NCBI GenBank assembly: GCA_036651815.1
Contig: JAVVXB010000003.1
Location: 42,144 to 106,143, forward strand
Source of the DNA: Clostridia bacterium
Lineage (GTDB): Bacteria > Bacillota > Clostridia > Christensenellales > CAG-138
Direction of reading: 5' to 3'
Length of the DNA: 64,000 nucleotides
Positions 56,645 through 64,000 of the stretch are shown one piece after another. Every line of letters starts with the position of its first letter. The stretch's first letter is position 1. The notes under the pieces were generated by a model that had not been told where the DNA came from, did no database searches, and worked only from the letters and a program-made list of their open reading frames with translations. A program made the translations under genes and the position numbers.

Positions 56645-57925
56645 TTATAAATATGCGTCCTCCGGCTTATCGAAGCCGTCGTCTTCCTTTGGCTGCGATG
56701 AATCCTTGGGCAGATGATCCTGCCGGATGATTTTTATCATAAAAATCATCAGTAGCACCGTCACTGCAAGAAAAATAAAACCGATCTTGACGATGTTTGG
56801 AATACGTGTTGTGGTGGTCAGGTAATAATGAACGGAAAGCAACCCCGCTGGCGGGGTGTAATCGGAGAACGGAATCAGTAGCGTTTCGTAATCGCGGATG
56901 CTGTGCTCGGTAAAACGAAACAGCCGTGCTCCGCGGGATTCGTTGCTGCCATACCCCGTATAGGTGCAACCCGGTACACTGGCTAGATCGATGCCTCGCA
57001 GTGAGGCGATGAACGTATTGAGGTGATCATGCCCCGATATGGCAAGGAATACATCTCCGTTTTGGTCAAATGCATCGAACAGACCATTATTTTCACTTGA
57101 GGGACAGGGCGCTTCCAAAGCCGTGCCAGCAAAAATCTGGTCGGACTCCAGCAGATAATGTTTTCCGCTACCGGAACCAACGCCAGCTACCGCGCCGGGC
57201 GCGCCTGCGGGAACTGCTGGAAACAATTCGTAAACTTCCGGGACAACCGTGTGCATAAAAGCAACGGAGGGTACGGACAGAAAGCTGTATGTATCGTGCA
57301 GCTTTTGGCTTTGCTTGTTATACCAGTCCACTTGCTTTGCAGACACGGTTTCAAAATCATCATTTTGGTCTTTGCTGTCGGCTGCGAACAGATAGAGATT
57401 GAGCGCCAGGGATTTTCCGTCACTGCTGAAGACGGGCAAGGCATAGGCACCTGTTTCGCGTTCTGCTGGGACAAAGCACAGGCGGTTTTCCAAATACAGC
57501 GCCATCTGCCGCTGGGCGGAAACGGGCGCGTCATAATCACAATTACCGAGAAGAACGGCAAAGGGAATGCCTGCTTCGTCGAGTGGCCATAGCAGAGCGC
57601 GGATGGCGGTCTTGACATTTTCATCGCGCTGACCCAAACGGAACAAAGGACTTTTGCCTTCCAACTGATCGCCAAGCAACACGACAAGATCCACCGGCAC
57701 TTCCTGCAACACGCTTCGCACGGAACGGATGAGATAAGGGGATGGAAACTGGGTATCCTGCAAATCGGATAGAACCAATATGGTAAACGTGCCATCTCCG
57801 GAGAAGCGCAGCTTTGCTGGTTCATCCAATGTTTCCGGCTGCGCTTGCGCTGTGCGCAGAGCGGAGCAACAAAGAAGCAGCAACGCAGAGAGGCACAATC
57901 CTAATTTTGCATATCGTTTTCTCAC
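56645..57925 (-). CDS. Secreted calcineurin-like metallophosphoesterase with a C-terminal TM anchor
   Basis: Motifs LSDLQD, GDQLEG, GNCDYD and GHDH. Signal peptide VRKRYAKLGLCLSALLLLCC...AQA if GTG 57925 is the start (track start is TTG 57979). Hydrophobic C-terminal helix. Confidence 0.7.
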   Translation of the reverse strand: MRKRYAKLGLCLSALLLLCCSALRTAQAQPETLDEPAKLRFSGDGTFTILVLSDLQDTQFPSPYLIRSVRSVLQEVPVDLVVLLGDQLEGKSPLFRLGQRDENVKTAIRALLWPLDEAGIPFAVLLGNCDYDAPVSAQRQMALYLENRLCFVPAERETGAYALPVFSSDGKSLALNLYLFAADSKDQNDDFETVSAKQVDWYNKQSQKLHDTYSFLSVPSVAFMHTVVPEVYELFPAVPAGAPGAVAGVGSGSGKHYLLESDQIFAGTALEAPCPSSENNGLFDAFDQNGDVFLAISGHDHLNTFIASLRGIDLASVPGCTYTGYGSNESRGARLFRFTEHSIRDYETLLIPFSDYTPPAGLLSVHYYLTTTTRIPNIVKIGFIFLAVTVLLMIFMIKIIRQDHLPKDSSQPKEDDGFDKPEDAYL

Positions 57926-58041
57926 GCTATTAGCGTACGCCAGGCAAAGACAATCTGTCAAGAAAACATATTTCAACAATTACGTGTTGTTTTCAACAAT
58001 CTCTTAGGTTAGAATAGACCCAACATGGTCAAAATGAAGCT

Positions 58042-58503
58042 TTGAGGGGCAGTATGGATTATATACAGGATTTTTTACACAATCGCGTCTTAACAACTGC
58101 GCTGCTGAGTTGGACGGTGGCACAGGTATCGAAGATGATTTTATATACTGTGATGAATCGTGAGTTCCGGCTTGAGCGTATGGTGGGTAGCGGTGGCATG
58201 CCAAGCTCCCATGCAGCGACGGTCTGCGCGTTGGCAACGGCGGTCGCCAAGGAGTATGGGATGGGAACGTTTGAATTTGCAATTTCATTTGTACTTGCCA
58301 GCATTGTTTTATATGATGCCCGCGGGGTGCGCCTTGAGACGGGCAAGCAGGCGGTTACCATCAGCGCCATTGTGAATTTTCTCAAGGAAGGCACCGCCAT
58401 TGAACTGCCGGATATGCATCTTAAGGAACTTGTGGGACATACACCGTTTCAGGTGTTTGTGGGTTCGGTGCTGGGTATATTGATTGGGCTACTGTTCGGC
58501 TAA
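58042..58503 (+). CDS. Divergent PAP2 family membrane protein (DUF212/YuiD-like)
   Basis: GGMPSSHAATV motif, 153 aa, GAGGGG SD. Confidence 0.8.
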   Translation: MRGSMDYIQDFLHNRVLTTALLSWTVAQVSKMILYTVMNREFRLERMVGSGGMPSSHAATVCALATAVAKEYGMGTFEFAISFVLASIVLYDARGVRLETGKQAVTISAIVNFLKEGTAIELPDMHLKELVGHTPFQVFVGSVLGILIGLLFG

Positions 58504-58617
58504 TCGAAAAAAAGGATTGCGACTACTAAAAAATTCAAACGGGGGTTATCTCAAGCGATCATCTCAATCGCTGAAGAATAGCCCCGTTTGCGTGGCGCGG
58601 ACAGATTGGAAATCGCG

Positions 58618-59670
58618 TTACAGCATGATTTCTCCCCACCCGGTGGTAAGACGCGCGGTTTTCAAGTAACCTTCCTCATTGCGATAGACAATTTTTGTCC
58701 AACCGGTATCGTTGGTTTCAAGCACTTTTACAGAGGTTTGAGCAGGCACTTTGCAAATGCGTTCGGAATTGGCGTCTGGTTGCGTATAAATCCATTCCGT
58801 GGTTTTCACAAGCGTAGCGTCTTCCTTGGTATCCATGGCATCCTGCTGATAGGAGAGGTACCCCCGCTTGACGTACCCTTCACGCTTTCCAAAGCGTACC
58901 TTAACCCATACTTCACCCTTCATCAGAACCTCGACCTCATCGCCTACGTCCAATCCGCCGACGGATGGAAAGGAGGCCCCGCTACCCTTGCGCATCCGCG
59001 CACCTTCGACTGTTATCCAAGCTTTTTCATTGGGCAGCTCAGGCTCATCATAAATTTTTTTCTGCATTTCATTATAATCAGAGAAAGATAGATTGGATTT
59101 CAACGCTTTTTTCAGCGCCTTGTCGTATTTAATGCCATTGGTCACCTCGATGGTTGTACCGGGGCAAGCGTAATAATAAAGCCACTTGGCATCCTCTACA
59201 TACAGTCGCACGCAGCCGTGGGAAACATTGTGGCCTAGGTTTGCATACGCGCCGCGTTTCATAGAATTTACGGTGCGGTTGCCAAACATAACGGAGTGGA
59301 GGAAGATGCTGCCGACAATCTGCGTCCAATAGCGGGCATATTCACCGGAAAAACTTGCGAACTTGCCAAAGCGTTCCCGACCGCCGATCTTCCAGATGCC
59401 TCGAGGCGTTGGCGTGGCCGTATCCTCCGGATCGGCTTCATCAATATCCGTGCGTCCAGTGGTGCACAAAAACCGACGCACAATCTTCGTGTACGCGCCG
59501 GCTTCATCCTGCTCATAGACGGTGACGATTTGGTTGTTGAGATCGAGCATAACATAATATTTGTCAGGATCATTGTTTTTGAGTTCGTCTCGGGCAAAGG
59601 CGGTACCTGGCGCCAGCAGCGTGGACAGAAATAACCCCAATGCGACAAGACACGTTAATTTTCGCTTCAA
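58618..59670 (-). CDS. L,D-transpeptidase (YkuD domain) with two C-terminal SH3b domains
   Basis: Catalytic HSV...SHGCVRL motif. Start proposed at TTG 59670, giving the signal peptide MKRKLTCLVALGLFLSTLLAPGTAFA with GGAGAGG 9 nt upstream (track start is 59724). Confidence 0.8.
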   Translation of the reverse strand: MKRKLTCLVALGLFLSTLLAPGTAFARDELKNNDPDKYYVMLDLNNQIVTVYEQDEAGAYTKIVRRFLCTTGRTDIDEADPEDTATPTPRGIWKIGGRERFGKFASFSGEYARYWTQIVGSIFLHSVMFGNRTVNSMKRGAYANLGHNVSHGCVRLYVEDAKWLYYYACPGTTIEVTNGIKYDKALKKALKSNLSFSDYNEMQKKIYDEPELPNEKAWITVEGARMRKGSGASFPSVGGLDVGDEVEVLMKGEVWVKVRFGKREGYVKRGYLSYQQDAMDTKEDATLVKTTEWIYTQPDANSERICKVPAQTSVKVLETNDTGWTKIVYRNEEGYLKTARLTTGWGEIML

Positions 59671-59760
59671 AGCATGCTTCACCTCTCCCCGGAACAATCT
59701 TATGCGCGGATATAACGACAACATGCGTCATATCCGCGCTAATTTCGTGTTAATTCGGGA

Positions 59761-61662
59761 TTAGAATATGCGGTAAGCCATTAGGAAATGCTTTGCCCAG
59801 TAGCCGCCGGACTTCAGCACCGTCCCCGAAACACGTACTTCGCCCATCGAAGAGCTTGCGTCGATCATCTTACCACCGCCGGTATAGATTCCAACGTGGC
59901 CGGTGGAGGACGTGCTGCCCGAGAAAATCAGGATATCGCCGCGCTGCAAACTGCCTATCGAGGTAATGCGCTGATAACGTGTGCAGCTTCTCCACATGAC
60001 AGAGGTTTGATAGCTACAGGATACGCCGGCATTCTTCATGCACCAGTAAGCGAAGCCGGAACAGTCGAAGGTGTTCGGCCCCTTTGCACCGGACACGTAT
60101 CTGCACCCAATCTTGCTCTCTGCAAGCGCGATTAGTTTATCCACCCCGGATTTATTGGGGATATTCGAGGAAGAACCGCCGCTGGAAGAACCGCCGCTGG
60201 AAGAACCGCCACTAGAAGAACCGCCGCTGGAAGAACCGCCGCTGCTGCCTTCGTTGCCGGAGGACGGTGGAGCCGCAGCCTTTTTAGCCTTGGTGGATTT
60301 CATGATGGATAATGTTACGCCGCCAACCTTGCCATCGGAGGTCAGGCTGTTGCGTTTCTGGAATGACTTGACGGCATCCTCGGTGATTTCGCCAAAGTAA
60401 CCGGTTGCGTTGGCACTCTTTAAATATTTCAGCTTGGATAGGTACGACTGCATATTCTTGACGTCAGAGCCATAGTCGCCCAACTGAAGAACCATAGGCA
60501 GCGCGTCACCGGAGAGCAGTAGATCCCGCGTTGCGGGGCCAAGGCAGCCATCCCGCGTCAGGCCGTTTGCCTGCTGAAATGCACGGATGGCGGAAACGGT
60601 GGATTTGCCCATGACACCGTCGGGTTTAAAGGTGATGTAACCAAGCTTTTTAAGTGCGTTTTGACAATCTTTGATGACCGTGTTTTCATCGCCAAGGCGA
60701 TACGCCTTACCAACAACGTCCTCGCCATAGAGTATACTGGTGGATCTAACGCCCACCTTGCCGTCCGCATTCAGGTCATTCTTTTTTTGAAACTCCTTGG
60801 CGGCCTCCTCGGTTTTTTCGCCAAAGGTAGAGGTGATATTTGCCTTGTTGTCCAAATAGCCCAGCTCGTAGAGCCGTGTCTGTACACCCTGCACATCCTC
60901 GCCCGCGTCTCCACGCTGCATAACGTACAATTTGGCATTTTCACTCATGAGCAGGTCGTAGGTTGACTGCCCACAAATGCCGTCGTCGGGCAACTCGTTA
61001 TGCCGCTGGAATTTTCTCAGTGCGCTTTCGGTCAGCGGGCCGTAATGATCGGTGGGTTCATCGGAATCCATATAGCCAAGATCCATGAGCCTGGACTGGA
61101 TCACCGTGACGAGTTCACCGTTGTCGCCTTCCTTCATCTCTGTAAAGATACTGTCGTTTTCAGCGGCGGTCACGGGTGTTTCACTCTCGTTTTCAAGAGC
61201 GGCGGCGGCAGAAGCATCGTAGGTTTCGTAGGGATCGATGATGCCGCTGTCAGAAAGAGCCGTTTGGGCACCTGCAGCGGCGTTGAGCGCGGCCAACCCT
61301 TCGGCCGTATTCATGACCGCACGTTTTTTCGCAGCATTGGCCGTGGCGGAGGAGACAATTATAATCAGTACAAGCAGCGATGCGACGACCGTGCCGCCAA
61401 TGAGCTGTACCTTTTTCGGCAGTGTGGCAATGGCACGCACAAGCCGGTAAATTCCCTTTGCAAGTACGCGGACAACACATACAAAAAAGCGTTTCGTCCT
61501 TTTCCAAAGACGTTTGAGGGTGAATGGCTTTTTCTTCTTTCTTGGGGGACGGTAATCGTTGCCCTGATACCGTGTCGGATCATAGCTGCGGGGGTACCCG
61601 CTTTGAGAATATCGATCGGATTGCGGCAAGCACATTCTCCTTTCGTCTGGCCTCTGTCGCAT
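59761..61662 (-). CDS. Membrane-anchored NlpC/P60 (C40) peptidoglycan endopeptidase with four PG_binding_1 repeats
   Basis: Basic cytoplasmic tail and one TM helix. Four repeats of type V..(L/V)Q.RL..LGY. A (GGSSS)5 linker. Catalytic FDCSGF and GHVGIY. The exact start is uncertain. Confidence 0.85.
   Translation of the reverse strand: MRQRPDERRMCLPQSDRYSQSGYPRSYDPTRYQGNDYRPPRKKKKPFTLKRLWKRTKRFFVCVVRVLAKGIYRLVRAIATLPKKVQLIGGTVVASLLVLIIIVSSATANAAKKRAVMNTAEGLAALNAAAGAQTALSDSGIIDPYETYDASAAAALENESETPVTAAENDSIFTEMKEGDNGELVTVIQSRLMDLGYMDSDEPTDHYGPLTESALRKFQRHNELPDDGICGQSTYDLLMSENAKLYVMQRGDAGEDVQGVQTRLYELGYLDNKANITSTFGEKTEEAAKEFQKKNDLNADGKVGVRSTSILYGEDVVGKAYRLGDENTVIKDCQNALKKLGYITFKPDGVMGKSTVSAIRAFQQANGLTRDGCLGPATRDLLLSGDALPMVLQLGDYGSDVKNMQSYLSKLKYLKSANATGYFGEITEDAVKSFQKRNSLTSDGKVGGVTLSIMKSTKAKKAAAPPSSGNEGSSGGSSSGGSSSGGSSSGGSSSGGSSSNIPNKSGVDKLIALAESKIGCRYVSGAKGPNTFDCSGFAYWCMKNAGVSCSYQTSVMWRSCTRYQRITSIGSLQRGDILIFSGSTSSTGHVGIYTGGGKMIDASSSMGEVRVSGTVLKSGGYWAKHFLMAYRIF
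60169..60243 (-). repeat. 15-bp tandem repeat x5 encoding the (GGSSS)n linker
   Basis: + strand GGAAGAACCGCCGCT repeated five times, with one variant copy (ACTA in place of GCTG). Confidence 0.85.
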
Positions 61663-61800
61663 GGGCAGAAACCTGTTTTTGTGACATGATTATAACAGGT
61701 AAAAATGACAATATGTTGAACAAACTTGAAAATAATCCATGAACGATCCGAAAAACGAAGATTTGCGGGTGCTTTAGCCGCCTGAAAACCGGGCGGTCAA

Positions 61801-61829
61801 TTGACAAAATACCCATAAAAGGGTAGATT
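61801..61829 (+). promoter_or_regulatory. Sigma-A promoter of leuS
   Basis: TTGACA-N17-TAGATT, 30 nt upstream of the leuS ATG. GGAGGA SD at 61848-61853. Confidence 0.55.
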
Positions 61830-61858
61830 AGAGCGTACGTAAATTTTGGAGGAATGCA

Positions 61859-64000
61859 ATGATGAGCGAATTCTACGACTCACAGACAATCGAAGCAAAG
61901 TGGCAGAAAAAATGGGCGGATGAACATTGTTTTGAAGCAGAGGTTTCCCATAAAAAGCCGAAGTTTTTCGGGCTGATTGAGTTTCCCTATCCATCCGGCC
62001 AAGGCCTGCATGTGGGTCACCCGCGCCCGTTTACGGCGATGGACGTCATCGCAAGAAAACGCCGCATGGAAGGATACAATGTGCTTTTTCCCATTGGCTA
62101 TGATGCATTCGGGCTGCCGACGGAAAACTATGCCATCAAAACCGGAATTCACCCTGCCAAAGTTACCCACGATAATATCCTGCGCTTTCGGGCACAGCTC
62201 CAGCGCTTGGGTTATTCCTTTGACTATTCGCGTGAGGTCAATACCTCCGATCCTGATTATTATAAATGGACGCAGTGGATCTTCCTCAAATTCTTCGAAA
62301 AGGGCTTGGCCTACAAGGCGGAAATCCCCATTAATTTTTGCACCTCCTGTAAGGTGGGGCTGGCCAACGAGGAGGTTGTGGATGGCGTGTGCGAACGCTG
62401 CGGCGGAGAAGTTGTCCGCATGGTGCGTAGCCAGTGGATGCTGAAGATTACGGAATATGCCCAGCGTCTTATTGACGACCTAGATGACGTAGATTATCTC
62501 GACAAAATCAAAACACAGCAAATCAACTGGATTGGGCGTAGCGAGGGCGCGGAGGTTTGGTTCCAACTGAAGGATTCGGACCAAAAACTGCAGGTTTACA
62601 CCACGCGGTGTGATACGCTCTTTGGCGCGACCTATATGGTCATTTCCCCGGAGCATCCCATGATTGAGACGCTCCAGGATCACATCCGGAATATGAATGA
62701 AGTCCGCGCTTATCAAAAACAGGCGGCGGGCAAGAGCGATTTTGAGCGCGGTGAATTAGCCAAGGAGAAAACCGGCGTGGAATTGCTGGGCATAAAGGCA
62801 ATCAATCCCGCCAATGGTAGCGAGATTTCCATCTGGATTTCCGATTATGTGCTGATGGGTTACGGCACCGGTGCCATCATGGCCGTGCCTGCCCACGATG
62901 AGCGCGACTATGACTTTGCAAAGAAATTTAATCTGCCTATTTGCGAGGTGGTCGCCGGGGGAGATATCACCAAGCAGGCCTATACGGATTGTGAGCATGG
63001 GAAGCTGGTGAACTCTGGTTTTCTCACCGGCATGGAGGTTTCCGAAGCCATTCCAACGATGATTCGCTGGCTTGAGGAGAAGGGCATCGGCAAGAAAAAG
63101 GTGAACTATAAGCTGCGGGACTGGGTCTTCTCGCGCCAGCGCTACTGGGGGGAGCCGATTCCACTGGTGCATTGCGACAAGTGCGGCTGGGTGCCGATTC
63201 CCTACGATCAACTTCCGCTGACATTGCCCATGCTGGACGATTTTTCGCCAACTGATGATGGGAGTAGCTGCCTGGCACGCGCCGATGCGTGGCTGCATAC
63301 CACCTGTCCCAAATGCGGAGGTCCCGCGTTGCGTGAAGCGGACACCATGCCCAACTGGGCAGGCTCAAGCTGGTACTACCTGCGTTATACGGACGCACAC
63401 AACGCAGAGGCGTTGGCTTCCCGTGAGGCGTTGGATTACTGGATGCCCGTGGACTGGTACAACGGCGGCATGGAGCACACAACCTTGCACCTGCTCTATT
63501 CCCGCTTCTGGCATAAGTTTCTATATGATATCGGGATTGTGCCGACCAAGGAACCCTATCAAAAGCGCACAAGCCACGGCATGGTACTGGGTGCCAACGG
63601 AGAAAAAATGAGCAAATCCCGCGGCAATGTGGTCAATCCGGATGATTATATTCCGGATTACGGCGCGGATGCGTTTCGTATGTACATCATGTTCATGGGT
63701 GCATTTGACCAACCAATTCCCTGGAATGAGCAGGGAACCAAGGGCAGCCGCCGTTTTCTCGACCGTGTCTGGAGATTGCAGGATATCGTGGAAGGCGCGG
63801 GGGACACGGACGCGGAGATGCGCGGCAAGGTACACGCCTGCATCAAGAAGGTGGGCGAGGATATTGAGCGCATGAAATTCAATACCGCCATCGCGTCCAT
63901 GATGTCGCTGGTCAATGATTTTTACAGCAAGGGCAAGTTGACCCGCGATGAACTGCATACACTGCTCTGCCTGCTCAATCCATTTGCGCCGCATATAACC
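61859..64000 (+). CDS. leuS: Leucine--tRNA ligase (partial, continues beyond the window)
   Basis: Absent from the ORF track because no stop lies in the window. Translation from the ATG at 61859 gives [19 protein letters not shown]...[15 protein letters not shown] (HIGH motif) and [10 protein letters not shown] (KMSKS, about 63600). The frame is open to 64000. Confidence 0.95.
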   Translation, partial: MMSEFYDSQTIEAKWQKKWADEHCFEAEVSHKKPKFFGLIEFPYPSGQGLHVGHPRPFTAMDVIARKRRMEGYNVLFPIGYDAFGLPTENYAIKTGIHPAKVTHDNILRFRAQLQRLGYSFDYSREVNTSDPDYYKWTQWIFLKFFEKGLAYKAEIPINFCTSCKVGLANEEVVDGVCERCGGEVVRMVRSQWMLKITEYAQRLIDDLDDVDYLDKIKTQQINWIGRSEGAEVWFQLKDSDQKLQVYTTRCDTLFGATYMVISPEHPMIETLQDHIRNMNEVRAYQKQAAGKSDFERGELAKEKTGVELLGIKAINPANGSEISIWISDYVLMGYGTGAIMAVPAHDERDYDFAKKFNLPICEVVAGGDITKQAYTDCEHGKLVNSGFLTGMEVSEAIPTMIRWLEEKGIGKKKVNYKLRDWVFSRQRYWGEPIPLVHCDKCGWVPIPYDQLPLTLPMLDDFSPTDDGSSCLARADAWLHTTCPKCGGPALREADTMPNWAGSSWYYLRYTDAHNAEALASREALDYWMPVDWYNGGMEHTTLHLLYSRFWHKFLYDIGIVPTKEPYQKRTSHGMVLGANGEKMSKSRGNVVNPDDYIPDYGADAFRMYIMFMGAFDQPIPWNEQGTKGSRRFLDRVWRLQDIVEGAGDTDAEMRGKVHACIKKVGEDIERMKFNTAIASMMSLVNDFYSKGKLTRDELHTLLCLLNPFAPHIT

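Noticed and set aside
61663-61858. Possible T-box leader upstream of leuS.
   Set aside because: The region is under 200 nt and lacks the conserved T-box sequence (AAnnnGGGTGGTACCGCG) and a terminator/antiterminator pair. A TTGACA-N17-TAGATT promoter only 30 nt from the ATG explains it better.

Overview
The window reads as a 64 kb stretch of core chromosome from a moderately GC-rich Firmicute. It is probably a Clostridia/Oscillospirales-type organism, judging by AddAB rather than RecBCD, a CIRCE operator, SpoIID/SH3b cell-wall proteins and many extended -10 promoters. I found no rRNA, tRNA, CRISPR array, transposase, integrase or recognisable defence system. About 45 protein genes are supported by motifs:

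- **DNA repair:** thpR-addB-addA and rarA.
- **RNA modification and translation:** rsmG, mnmG, rsmA, an RlmL-like methyltransferase, and leuS (runs off the right edge).
- **Central metabolism:** ispE and pckA.
- **Proteostasis:** DUF1622-ftsH, and htpG behind a perfect CIRCE.
- **Cell wall (a large set):** a SpoIID-like protein with five SH3b domains, an M23 peptidase, a class B PBP, murG, an L,D-transpeptidase, and an NlpC/P60 protein with PG-binding repeats.
- **Envelope stress:** an ECF sigma factor with a beta-propeller membrane protein, next to an exported MsrA-rhodanese fusion.
- **Signalling:** a Cache-PAS-GGDEF cyclase.
- **Unknown function:** several polytopic membrane proteins.

The most interesting observations:
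1. An extended -10 box sits 6-8 nt from the start codon at six genes, suggesting leaderless mRNAs.
2. htpG appears to be under HrcA/CIRCE control.
3. The ECF sigma, beta-propeller and MsrA-rhodanese genes form one array.
4. An esterase, an HxxxD acyltransferase and a zinc-ribbon membrane protein form an uncharacterised operon.
5. An orphan ThiF-like E1 enzyme is followed by a 27-codon ORF and an ABC exporter.
6. Three AT-richer tracts of about 0.4-1.1 kb lack convincing ORFs.

I found no clear-cut novel multi-gene system. All functional calls rest on motif recognition by eye; no database search was run.
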